Positions 39,950 to 49,651 are shown, counted from the whole stretch's first letter. The stretch is 63,681 nt of DNA, filler included, from 5 parts of 5 records of this genome joined end to end with filler, not necessarily neighbours in it; one strand, 5' to 3'. Made by a program: numbers and translations. The notes: generated from the letters alone by a model not told the origin.

Positions 39950-42425
39950 TGATCCACTTTTCTATTTTATCTTGATAAGAGTAGAAGATTTTTCCTGCAC
40001 TCTTTTCATCTTCAGCCTGAACATAAAGATTTAGGTATTCGTTATGTTGATCAGGCACCATAAGTATCCATTCATCATCATTCATCCAAATTTTTACACC
40101 ATCAACTGATGATGTTTTTTTACCTTTTCCATCCTCTAAAAATTTTCTCATCATTTTACCTTTTAAAGAACTAGGACAAGGTATGTTTTCCCCTTTGTAA
40201 CAAAAGTCTGGTATGTCTTTGTGTAATTTAGATAGTTTTTTCCCTGATTTTTGCAACAACTCCAATATTTTAAAACTTGTAAAAACAGAGTCACGATTTA
40301 ATCCAAATTCATTAAAAGCAAAATGCCCATCACTATCAGCTATTAAGTCATATTCTTTTAATTGCTCCGCTTTAAAGTTTGATAGTTTTTCCCTTGAAAC
40401 CTCTATATTCTCATAAGAAACAAAATCAGGAGCCCACGCTGGTAGTATAACTTTTAATTTTCGTTCTGTTGTGTAATCTAAAAGTTGAAGCAATACTAAA
40501 AGGAGTTTATAATCATAAATCAACTCACCTTTATCATCAACAACTTGTAGTTTATGTCCATTTGGATAAACTAAAAAACCACAATCAAAATTCATACCTC
40601 TTACAATATCTTTCATATTCTCTTGAGTTTTCACAATATCATTAGGTTTTATTTTTTCAGTTTTGTGGGCATTTAAAATGATATTTTCCAATCCTAAATC
40701 ATTTATAATTATAGGATATATATCCGAAGTTGAGCCATTCATAATATCAACTGCAACTTTAAGTTCAGAATCTTTAAAAAGAGTTTTGTCAAAAGAGTTT
40801 TCAATAGCTTGAATATAAATATCTCTTAGGTTTTTATCTTCTGTTATCGTTCCTATCTCATCAAATTTTACTCTTCTAAAATTTTCCCTAAAAAATATTC
40901 TCTCAATAGATTGAGCTAATTTAGAATCTAAAACTAAACCTTCATATGTGAAGAAGATTATCTCCGTTTGAGTTGGGTCAAATACTGATTGTCTTAAGTG
41001 TATCCCTGCTACAACATCATCATTTTTACTTAAGGCATGTCTCATTACATTTGAAGGAACATTATAAGGGTCAACAATATCAATACCTGTTGATAACAAA
41101 CCTGCAACAAAAGCTCTTTTTAGCATAAATGTTGCTTTATGATAATCTCTAGAGACATAAACCTTACTTCTTGCAGGAAGAATACTTCCAAAGGCTTCTG
41201 CAAGTTTTGTTGTCATCTCACAAGATAATTCTATATTTGTTCTTCCTATAACTGCTCCATCTTCAAAAATAGAAGATTTGTATCGATTTCCCCAAATTAT
41301 ATTTGTACTTACAACAGATGAAGCCTCTAAAACTTTGTCAGGCCACATAACAATATCTTTTTCAAAAGAGACTTTTTTATTTACTAAACACTGCTCTGCC
41401 ATAATTACACCAAAAGGTGCTTTTGACTCATCTTTTATAATATTGTCATTACAAATAACAGAGTTATTTAGCTTTACTTTTACTCCAAGCTTTACATTGT
41501 CCCATAAAACTGTATCAATAACTTCTGTGTGTTTACTAACTCTTGTGTTATCACCAATAACACAATTTTTTAGAGTAACACCCTCATCAATAGAAACATT
41601 TTTTCCTAAAACAACTGTACCTTCAGTTCTTATTTTTTTATGTAGTTTTACACCCTCCTCCACATAAACATTTGCACCATCAATCTCTTTTAACTCCCCT
41701 TTAAAAGGAAGTGAAACATCACCAGATAAAATGTCTTTAAAAACCTCTCTATAACTTTCTGGGTTTCCTACATCTCTCCAATAACCTTTTTGAGAAGTTC
41801 CCCATAAGGGTATATTTTTTTTCATCATTAAAGGAAATAAGTCTTTTGCAAAATCAAAGTTTTGTTTATATGGTATTAAATCTAAAACTTCTGGTTCAAT
41901 AATATAAATACCTGTATTTATAGTATCACTAAAAACCTCTCCCCAACTTGGTTTTTCAAGGAACCTTTCTATTCTGTCTTCTTCATTTGCTATTACAACA
42001 CCAAATTGCAATGGATTTTCTACAGAAGTTAAAGTAATAGATAATTTAGATTTCTTTTTTTCATGGAATTTTTTTATTTTGTTAAAGTCAAAGTTTGTGA
42101 CCAAGTCGCCACTTACAATAATAAAAGTTTCATCTAAAAACTCTTTAGCAAAAGCCACTGCACCTGCAGTACCATAATCATCATCAGGAAGAAAATATGT
42201 AATTTTTACACCTAAGTCTTCTCCTGTTTTAAAGTAACTTTTTATAATATCAGGTTTGAAATATAATAAAACACCAATCTCTGTAATATTCAATTCGTCT
42301 CTTAGCTTTATAATTATATGCTCCATCATTGGCCTATTCAATATAGGAAGCATAGGCTTAGGAACAGAGTTTGTCAAAGGTTGTATTCTTGTTCCAAATC
42401 CTCCAGCTAAAACAATTGCTTTCAT
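39942..42425 (-). CDS. Sugar-phosphate nucleotidyltransferase + hexapeptide + degenerate phosphomannomutase-like fusion (Man-1-P guanylyltransferase type)
   Basis: LAGGFGTRIQPLT..PKP, FLEKP and YWRDVG; LbH region; C-terminal PGM-like domains lacking the SHNP and DxDxD motifs. Confidence 0.88.
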   Translation of the reverse strand: MKAIVLAGGFGTRIQPLTNSVPKPMLPILNRPMMEHIIIKLRDELNITEIGVLLYFKPDIIKSYFKTGEDLGVKITYFLPDDDYGTAGAVAFAKEFLDETFIIVSGDLVTNFDFNKIKKFHEKKKSKLSITLTSVENPLQFGVVIANEEDRIERFLEKPSWGEVFSDTINTGIYIIEPEVLDLIPYKQNFDFAKDLFPLMMKKNIPLWGTSQKGYWRDVGNPESYREVFKDILSGDVSLPFKGELKEIDGANVYVEEGVKLHKKIRTEGTVVLGKNVSIDEGVTLKNCVIGDNTRVSKHTEVIDTVLWDNVKLGVKVKLNNSVICNDNIIKDESKAPFGVIMAEQCLVNKKVSFEKDIVMWPDKVLEASSVVSTNIIWGNRYKSSIFEDGAVIGRTNIELSCEMTTKLAEAFGSILPARSKVYVSRDYHKATFMLKRAFVAGLLSTGIDIVDPYNVPSNVMRHALSKNDDVVAGIHLRQSVFDPTQTEIIFFTYEGLVLDSKLAQSIERIFFRENFRRVKFDEIGTITEDKNLRDIYIQAIENSFDKTLFKDSELKVAVDIMNGSTSDIYPIIINDLGLENIILNAHKTEKIKPNDIVKTQENMKDIVRGMNFDCGFLVYPNGHKLQVVDDKGELIYDYKLLLVLLQLLDYTTERKLKVILPAWAPDFVSYENIEVSREKLSNFKAEQLKEYDLIADSDGHFAFNEFGLNRDSVFTSFKILELLQKSGKKLSKLHKDIPDFCYKGENIPCPSSLKGKMMRKFLEDGKGKKTSSVDGVKIWMNDDEWILMVPDQHNEYLNLYVQAEDEKSAGKIFYSYQDKIEKWISE

Positions 42426-42532
42426 TTTTACCCTTTCGCTTAGATTTTAACTTTTACTAATTTACCAATCTCTTGGCTAACTCTAATAAATCCTCTCTAA
42501 TCTCATATTTTTGTGAATTTACATAATCAATT

Positions 42533-42632
42533 NNNNNNNNNNNNNNNNNNNNNNNNNNNNNNNNNNNNNNNNNNNNTTAATTAATTAANNNNNNNNNNNN
42601 NNNNNNNNNNNNNNNNNNNNNNNNNNNNNNNN
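42533..42632. other. Artificial contig spacer
   Basis: N44-TTAATTAATTAA-N44. Confidence 0.98.
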
Positions 42633-42661
42633 TACCCCGTAGCTTGCTGCGGGGAGCTTCA
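42633..42661. repeat. REP/IS200-605-end-like palindrome at the contig edge
   Basis: Hairpin ccccgtagcttgctgcgggg. On the minus strand it reads TGAAGCTCCCCGCAGCAAGCTACGGGGTA, starting at the upstream gene's stop codon. Confidence 0.5.
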
Positions 42662-43207
42662 TATGCGGTGAATGGCTTCAAATATGTCCCGGTGCTGGAC
42701 GCCGAGTTCCATTTCAAATTCCTCGGCCTTCCATTTGAGAGCTTCGCGAAAAGCGGGACGATGAACATCCTTGGGCACGGCGACTTCAAAAATAAGGACC
42801 ACGAGAGACTGGTCATTTTTCAGGGAGATGGCCTTGAGGTTTTCTATGTTCACGTCAAACCCGGCTATAACTCCGGACACTTCTGGAATAATCCCCAGGC
42901 GGTCCTGCCCGCGTAAGGTAATAACATAGGGCTCGGCCTCAACTGTTTGGGTTTCGACCTTGGGTTCGAATTCCTTGGTTGAAACGCTTATGCCCATCGC
43001 CGCCAGGCCGCTTTCCAGCGTCTCGTTCAAGGATTCCCTGGTCAGGGAATCGGGCATGGAAGCGATAAATATGCCCGCAAATTCGGTTTGCAGTATTGTC
43101 TGGCTTACTTCCAGAATATTGCAGGACTGATCGTACAAAATTTTGGAAACAGCGTGGACAATACCGGGCCTGTCTTCACCAAGTATCGATATTACGACTC
43201 TTTTCAT
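42659..43207 (-). CDS. Double ACT-domain protein (GcvR-like); start at 43207 inferred
   Basis: ISILGEDRPGIVHAVS and ITLRGQDRLGII; C-terminal QHRDIFEAIHRI. Confidence 0.88.
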   Translation of the reverse strand: MKRVVISILGEDRPGIVHAVSKILYDQSCNILEVSQTILQTEFAGIFIASMPDSLTRESLNETLESGLAAMGISVSTKEFEPKVETQTVEAEPYVITLRGQDRLGIIPEVSGVIAGFDVNIENLKAISLKNDQSLVVLIFEVAVPKDVHRPAFREALKWKAEEFEMELGVQHRDIFEAIHRI

Positions 43208-43218
43208 AATCAGCCCTT

Positions 43219-43902
43219 TCATGAAAACAACGCCGCCAGTATCACGACGATTACCAGGGACGGCAGCAGATTGCTAATTTTAATCTTTTTTATGTCCAAC
43301 AAATTAAAACCGATGCCCAATATGAGCAATCCTCCCAATGCGGTCAATTCATTTATGATAACCGGTGAAAAAATGCTTTTGAACTGAACCGCGAACAAGG
43401 TGAGTCCGTATTGGTATAGAAATACGGGTAAAAATGAAAACAATACGCCCAATCCATATGTGGAGGCCAAGGCAATGGAAGTGAAGCCGTCCAATATGGA
43501 TTTGGTAAACAGGACTGACGGGTCGCCGCGCAGACCTTCGTCAAAGGCTCCGATAATAGCCATGGAGCCGATGCAATATATCAAGGCGGCCGTGACGAAA
43601 CCGTCCGTGAACAATTCGTTTTTACTTTTAATTCTGTCTTTCAACCAATCGCCGATATTATTGAACCGGTCGTCAAGCTTGAGCAGCTCGCCTGTAATGC
43701 CTCCAATAAGGATGCTGAATATTATAATCAGCGGGTTTTGAACCTTCAAGGCCATTTGCATGCCGATTACCATTACGGCCAGTCCCAGCCCCTGGAAAAC
43801 GATCACCCTTATATGGTCGGGAAACCTTTTACCCAGGGCCATGCCTAAAAGGCTGCCGACAATAATGGCGGCTACATTCGCTATGGTTCCTACAGGCAAC
43901 AT
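43219..43902 (-). CDS. DUF554 family membrane protein
   Basis: GTIANVAAIIVG, YCIGSMAIIG, KSILDG and NLLPSL. Confidence 0.9.
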   Translation of the reverse strand: MLPVGTIANVAAIIVGSLLGMALGKRFPDHIRVIVFQGLGLAVMVIGMQMALKVQNPLIIIFSILIGGITGELLKLDDRFNNIGDWLKDRIKSKNELFTDGFVTAALIYCIGSMAIIGAFDEGLRGDPSVLFTKSILDGFTSIALASTYGLGVLFSFLPVFLYQYGLTLFAVQFKSIFSPVIINELTALGGLLILGIGFNLLDIKKIKISNLLPSLVIVVILAALFS

Positions 43903-44125
43903 CAGTTCAACACCTCAGAGGCATCTTTATAGGGAAACCATTTAAACGGCAACAAAAAAATAATTTTAGCCCGAATAATGACAAGCCGGACAAGCAACTA
44001 CCGCGACGACTCCACGACCAGAAGATGATGTTTTTTTATCATATCTTTAAAAGGAGGCCTATAAACGGCTTCTCTCTCTTTCTTCATTCGCCCTATAGTT
44101 GCCTCCTGTCACCTCGTCCCCTCAC

Positions 44126-44286
44126 TGTAACGAATCGTTACATAGCTGGAATCCGCCGGTCTGGGCAATGCTACGATTTTACCCAGTTTGTGAATATGCA
44201 CTTAAGGCATTAATAAGTAAAAAGCAGTTATCAGCCAACCATTTCAGCAACATATGGATCAGTTTAAAACAAGGCATGATAGTTGC
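44126..44286. promoter_or_regulatory. Possible sigma-54 promoter with an upstream palindromic activator site
   Basis: Palindrome tgtaacga-a-tcgttaca at 44126-44142 and GG-N10-GC (GGCATGATAGTTGC) at 44273-44286. Confidence 0.4.
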
Positions 44287-44744
44287 CAGTATCTAATCTG
44301 GTCGGCATGGCGTTTTGGCGGCCGGCGCGGGCTAAAAATGAAAACGGTTGTTTGAGTTCTTGTGCATACGAGGTGAGAAGTGGTTGATTTCTTGAATAGT
44401 TACATTTTCTGCCATAAAAATGGCTCCTTAATACCAAATACATTTTGTTGCTGCTGTGAAGAAGAGTGCGAAAACGTCATGCCGGAAAAACACGCGCCCT
44501 ATGAGTTGATGGAGAATGCCGACGGCGACCAGGCGAGGAGGGATTAAAGAAGAATCTCAGAAAAATTACAGACTTATGAGAATTAGCTCGATCTGTCCGG
44601 AAATTTTTTTAAATATGTACCTTGGGATTCGAAAAATATAATTTCCTGGGCATCCAAAATAAGCATATGAGACTTGAATGTTGATGATAGAATATTATTG
44701 CCTGGCTGTTAACGCGACCGGGCGCCCGAATTTAGAATGGGCTG

Positions 44745-45407
44745 GTGATAGAAATGATCAACAGAGAAGGTCCTAAGATTATTATAAAGGAGGCGCTGAG
44801 TCCTGGTTCTGTAACCGGTTTGAAAAGGAAGATAGAAATGCTTGAAACACTGGTCAAACAAGATGAATACGAGCTGCCTTTCAATGGGACCTATTGGGTT
44901 GAACACGGTAATGTCATGGCCGGATGCTACCCCGGGTCCGCGGATATTGAGATGATGACGGCAAGGCTCGAAGCGATTATAAATGCTCGATTCGGGCTTA
45001 TCATCAACCTGACGATGCCCGATGAGATTCATTTTCAAGATAAGGAAATATCGCAATACGAATATTACATGAACAGGATGGCCGCGTTTGAGGGGCTTGA
45101 CCTGAGTTTTATCCGTTTTCCAATCAGGGATATGGGCGTGCCTTCGTACCATTTTATGAAAAAGATACTGGACACGATAGATCGGGCTCTTACTACTGGA
45201 AGGCGGGTTTACATACACTGTTGGAGCGGATGCGGTCGCACCGGGACTGTCGTCGGTTGTTATTTAATTCGCCATGGAGCGGCCACGCCTATAAACGTTT
45301 TAAATATGATTAAAATATTAAGGTCTTACGGGCGCATGACCACGGGAGCGTCTCCGGAAACGCCGGAGCAGGAAAACATGGTGCGCTCCTGGAGAATTGG
45401 CGAATAG
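44745..45407 (+). CDS. Dual-specificity / protein-tyrosine phosphatase family protein
   Basis: P-loop HCWSGCGRTG, FPIRDMGVP acid loop and SPETPEQ. Confidence 0.88.
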   Translation: MIEMINREGPKIIIKEALSPGSVTGLKRKIEMLETLVKQDEYELPFNGTYWVEHGNVMAGCYPGSADIEMMTARLEAIINARFGLIINLTMPDEIHFQDKEISQYEYYMNRMAAFEGLDLSFIRFPIRDMGVPSYHFMKKILDTIDRALTTGRRVYIHCWSGCGRTGTVVGCYLIRHGAATPINVLNMIKILRSYGRMTTGASPETPEQENMVRSWRIGE

Positions 45408-45660
45408 TCGTGCGCTGAATATACATGATTACCAAGCAGTGTTTGCATGATAACACGCCTGGGCGCCTGGCTATTATTCTATTTGGGCGCACCCATAAAC
45501 GGTTCATTTTCATTTATGGGACCGTTCCGAATCCGACCCTCCTGCTTCTTCGACTAGTTCGGTTCCCGGTGTCAGAAGGTTATTCGCCGAAGGCCTTGAG
45601 AAAGGCCGAACCGAACCCCACCGTCCAGCGAACGGGCTTTCGGTTCGGCGATAGTACTTA

Positions 45661-46020
45661 TTAGAAAAGTTTTGAACCCAACTTCGCCGAACGGGCGGGA
45701 GTCAAAAATGTGGCTTCACCGCTTTCGGCTTTTGGAAACTGAACGCCGATAACGAGGACTTCGGAAATTACGTCTCCAACTTGTCGCGGTTCAAAATTGA
45801 GCACTCCCATAACAAGCGCGTCCTTTATTTCATTGACTGGGTGTTGGGTAAATCGTCCGACGCTTGTTTTTACTCCGTATTTACCAAAATCGATTTTCAG
45901 TTTATAAGCCGGTTTGGGAGATGACGTTTCAGGTTCCACGGATACAACCCTTCCCAACCTTATATCCAACAAATCGAAAGTCTGTTCCTTCTGTACAGTA
46001 GATTTTGGTTCTTTAGACAT
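45661..46020 (-). CDS. CsaA/Trbp111-like tRNA-binding OB-fold protein
   Basis: FDLLDIRLGRVV, AYKLKIDFG and NFEPRQVG..SEVLV. Confidence 0.85.
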   Translation of the reverse strand: MSKEPKSTVQKEQTFDLLDIRLGRVVSVEPETSSPKPAYKLKIDFGKYGVKTSVGRFTQHPVNEIKDALVMGVLNFEPRQVGDVISEVLVIGVQFPKAESGEATFLTPARSAKLGSKLF

Positions 46021-46156
46021 GGTCTTTTTTATAATCGAGGCCCGAAACGAAAACCGGACAGGTCCCTTATAAGGCCTCTACCTTTCTTTTCTTTAGTTTG
46101 AGGGCTTCACCGAGCCCTTTTTCACATATCTCTTTTATTTTAAGTATGGACAGGCG

Positions 46157-47521
46157 CTAATCTATATATGTTTTTTCAAATACTAATCCTTTATAATGAC
46201 TCCGTTCCAAACTTCCCGGCTCGGCCCACAGAATTCTTGGCGTAATATTCAGCCTGCGCCCCATGGCGTGTATAATCTCGTTTTCCAGGGTCTGCAAATC
46301 GGACTCTTTAACATTGCCTGAGTGCTCAATCCTTATTTTAAGGGGTGGATTTACCCGCGGCGGCTTTTCGTCAAGAATAATTCTCAACTCGCCGGTAACC
46401 CTGGGGACAAATTCATTAACCACGCCCTTAATATGGCTTGGATAAACCATAATGCCCTTGACTTTAAGCATATTATCAAGCCGGCCGATTACCCTGTAAC
46501 GGAACCCGGTGGCGCCGCACGGACATGGCTCTGTAAATACCTGGTGTATGTCGCCGAAACCCTGGCGAACCTGAACGCAGCCTTCCCCTTCCAATGTGGT
46601 GAATATGGCCTCGCCGACCGCTCCGTGTTCCATGGCGACCGGTTCTTTGGTTTCCGGATCTACAAGCTCGTAATAACAGAGGTCGTCTCCCAACCAGTGC
46701 ATGCCCTGGTATTCATCATGGTCGCACGAACAACCGAATCCCGCTCCTGCATCATATATTCTGCATCCATATGCATTTTCGAGCTTGGTCTTTACCTCGG
46801 GTATACCGGCCCCTGGTTCTCCGCCGCAAAAAAGGGCTTTAAAACCCAAGCTTCCTGCCTCTTTTCCAATGAGCGCCGGCGCCTGCTCGATAAGGTGGGC
46901 GGCAAGAGACGGCGTTCCGGCAAAAATAGTGCCCTTGTACAATGACTGGGTCATCAGGATCCGCTCTGTTTTGGCCTCCGCGCCGACGGGCAGAATGGTC
47001 GCCCCTATTTTCTGCATACCCATAAGCGTCGGAACGCCGGCCACTACCATTGATAACGCGAAGCAAAACAGAATTCTGTCAAAAGACCGGACCCCGGCCC
47101 GCCAATAGGCCCTGGAAATTGCTTCTCCCCACATGTTTTCAACATCAAATCTGGTCAGAGGGTATGGCGTAGGCATGCCGGTCGTACCGGTAGTTGTGGC
47201 TATAACATCCAGATCGTGAACGCTGACCGGCATTATGCGGTCCAGGGCTTCCAGAATATCGCCGTTGCACCCGGCGACCAGGGCCATTAAAGCCTTTTTA
47301 TCGAAAATGCCGATCTTTTCCTTGAATTCATCAAAACTTCTTATCTTTTCCGGATCAAGTCCGCTCTGGTCAATCATTCGGCCGTAGAAATCGGATTTGA
47401 CTTTTAGCCTGGCCAACATTTTTCTCAATTTACCAAGCTGAATGACTTCCATCTCGGGCGTATTGAGAAGCAATTCCATATCCATATTCCAATAAGGCCG
47501 TTCAGCTTCCATCAGGGTCAC
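46157..47521 (-). CDS. Phenylacetate-CoA ligase (PaaK) family AMP-forming ligase
   Basis: TTTGTTGMP, CGGEPG, CPCG and GRLDNMLKVKGIMVYPS. The start may be the ATG at 47512. Confidence 0.88.
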   Translation of the reverse strand: MTLMEAERPYWNMDMELLLNTPEMEVIQLGKLRKMLARLKVKSDFYGRMIDQSGLDPEKIRSFDEFKEKIGIFDKKALMALVAGCNGDILEALDRIMPVSVHDLDVIATTTGTTGMPTPYPLTRFDVENMWGEAISRAYWRAGVRSFDRILFCFALSMVVAGVPTLMGMQKIGATILPVGAEAKTERILMTQSLYKGTIFAGTPSLAAHLIEQAPALIGKEAGSLGFKALFCGGEPGAGIPEVKTKLENAYGCRIYDAGAGFGCSCDHDEYQGMHWLGDDLCYYELVDPETKEPVAMEHGAVGEAIFTTLEGEGCVQVRQGFGDIHQVFTEPCPCGATGFRYRVIGRLDNMLKVKGIMVYPSHIKGVVNEFVPRVTGELRIILDEKPPRVNPPLKIRIEHSGNVKESDLQTLENEIIHAMGRRLNITPRILWAEPGSLERSHYKGLVFEKTYID

Positions 47522-47728
47522 CTGTCATCATTCTATAGTAATAAGCAAAAGTCGCTTTAAGGAATTAATAAGGTTCTCAATTTACAGGTTCTATTATCAA
47601 CCCGCCCATTTTGTAAAAAGGCAAAAGACATATTATTTGGATTATGCTTCGTTAATCCATCGGCCGCCTGCTGCTGTTATCAAATAAACAAGTTGAAATC
47701 GCGGCAGGATGTATTGCCGCAAAAATGA

Positions 47729-49651
47729 TTATTTGTCATTTCCTTTCAGTTCCAATTCGCTGAGCGGCTGCAGCCAAATGACATCGTAAGGTTCAAGGAT
47801 GATATCGAGCGCTCCGTTGTCGGCTATCCATTTTGCTTTACCCACCAGGTCTTTCCAGTATTTTTCTTCGATGCCTATTTCCGAGAGTTGAACTTTGGCG
47901 TGCACGGTTTTGTTGGCAATGTTTATAATGGAAAGGATATGTTGGTCGCCCTCGGGCGAAGAACGGAAAACAGTGAACAGTTCCGGGGCCAGTTTTAATA
48001 TTTTTTGCGGCCCGTTTGGGTGAAAAGGACGGTTCGTCGTTCTAATGGAACCGAGTCGCCCAAGCTTGCGTCCCAGGATTGATATTTGCGATCTGGGGTC
48101 TTCAAGAGCTTTATAGATGGCCTCACCGCTAAGAACCGTCCTGTTAATGGCCCTTTTGGATTTTGTATGCTTGACCGCTTCACGGTCGTTGCGGGAACCA
48201 AAGAGGCTGTGCAGGTAGATGCCGGGCACCCCCTGGAGCACCAGGCCGACCGCACGGGAGGCCACAAATCTTTTAACCTGGAATTCGACTGTTTCATCGG
48301 TGTCTTCCAAATTCATGGCGCTGTACCAGGTAATGTTTATTTCATAGGGAACGTCTTCCCCGTTTTCCCCTGTTTTATAAGAAATCAGACCGCCGTGCTC
48401 TCCGGCCTGCTCTACGATATAGTCAATTTCATTCTGGGTCAGAATGTTTTTGACAGCCATTAATCCAACGCCGTCATGGGAATCCAGGAAATTGAAAAAT
48501 GTAGTCGTATTGGATAGGTTTTCCAGGCCCGCCGCCCAATCGGAAAGCGCACCCGCGTTTTCCGTATAAAATGTGTGGAGCACAAGGGGCGGCAGGGCAA
48601 AATTGTAAACCATTTGCGCTTCATCGGATCCGCTTCCGAAATAAGAAATATTCTCATCATGAGGGACATTGGTTTCGGTAATAAGGGCGCACGTGGGAGC
48701 AACCGTATCCAGGACGTCTCTAAAAAGCTTGACTATTTCATGAGTCTGATCCAGGTGGACGCAGGGAGTCCCGGGTTCGGCCCATAAATAAGTGATGGCG
48801 TCCAGGCGTATGATATCGGCGCCGTGCCTGACGTAGTTCAAAAGGATCTCTATAACCCGCATAAGAACATTGGGATTATGGTAATTAAGATCGATCTGGT
48901 CGTCGGAAAAAGTGGTCCAGACGTATCTTTTACCGTTAATTGTATCAAACGGAGTCAGAATGTCCGATGTCCGGGGCCTGAATATGGCGCCCTTTTGTTC
49001 GGGCGTCAGAGCCGAGGTCGAGCCGTAATCGATAAAGAAGTCTCCGTAATATACATCCCCGTTTAAAAATTCCTGAAACCACCGGCTTTTGGCTGAAACA
49101 TGATTTATAACCCCGTCAAACATCAGCTGATACCGCTGTTCAAGGTCTTCGATATCGGCCCAGGTTCCAAGGTTGGGGTCGACGGCTTCAAAATCAATAA
49201 TGGAAAACCCGCGGTCCGACGAGTATGGAAAAAACGGGAGTATGTGCAGGGTGTTTATCGTTCTGTTTAAATAGGCGCCGCAAAATTTTGAAAGAGTGGT
49301 TAAGGGCGATCGGTCGTTTCCCCGGATAAGGTCGCCGTAGGTTATGAGAATGACATCCTCTTCGGTGAACCTTTCCGCCGGGCTGATGTCTTGTTCCCGC
49401 TTGATCATTATTTCAGGCTTGTGTGCGTAATAGACCCTTAAGACTCTTTCCAACTCGGGCATGAATTCCTCGGCCACGGCCTGGCCGTAAAGAAAAGATA
49501 ACCTGCCGAACATTCGTTCGTATGCAGCCGAGGGGATTTGAAAAAGCGGCTTGGAATAGTCCGGTTCCGGATTGTGAACCGAACTGGTTGTTTCATAACG
49601 ACGACGGATTACCTGGGAGTTGTTGTCCTTTTTGTTGGAATCACCTGACAT
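47729..49651 (-). CDS. GH13_18 sugar phosphorylase, glucosylglycerate-phosphorylase-type (start at 49651 inferred; track start 49690)
   Basis: HILPFFPYSSDRGF, DGVINH, RLDAI, ITETNVPH, SHDGVG and PYEINITW. Confidence 0.85.
   Translation of the reverse strand: MSGDSNKKDNNSQVIRRRYETTSSVHNPEPDYSKPLFQIPSAAYERMFGRLSFLYGQAVAEEFMPELERVLRVYYAHKPEIMIKREQDISPAERFTEEDVILITYGDLIRGNDRSPLTTLSKFCGAYLNRTINTLHILPFFPYSSDRGFSIIDFEAVDPNLGTWADIEDLEQRYQLMFDGVINHVSAKSRWFQEFLNGDVYYGDFFIDYGSTSALTPEQKGAIFRPRTSDILTPFDTINGKRYVWTTFSDDQIDLNYHNPNVLMRVIEILLNYVRHGADIIRLDAITYLWAEPGTPCVHLDQTHEIVKLFRDVLDTVAPTCALITETNVPHDENISYFGSGSDEAQMVYNFALPPLVLHTFYTENAGALSDWAAGLENLSNTTTFFNFLDSHDGVGLMAVKNILTQNEIDYIVEQAGEHGGLISYKTGENGEDVPYEINITWYSAMNLEDTDETVEFQVKRFVASRAVGLVLQGVPGIYLHSLFGSRNDREAVKHTKSKRAINRTVLSGEAIYKALEDPRSQISILGRKLGRLGSIRTTNRPFHPNGPQKILKLAPELFTVFRSSPEGDQHILSIINIANKTVHAKVQLSEIGIEEKYWKDLVGKAKWIADNGALDIILEPYDVIWLQPLSELELKGNDK

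Noticed and set aside
45605-45660. Integron attC site
   Set aside because: No convincing RYYYAAC...GTTRRRY pair, no integrase and no cassette array.
46263-49066. Long antisense ORFs over the PaaK-like and phosphorylase genes
   Set aside because: Expected shadow ORFs in GC-richer DNA, with no recognisable motifs.
27460-49651. Apparent carbon-storage supercluster (ppk2, fbp, glycogen genes, sugar phosphorylase)
   Set aside because: The genes lie on three unrelated contigs separated by spacers.
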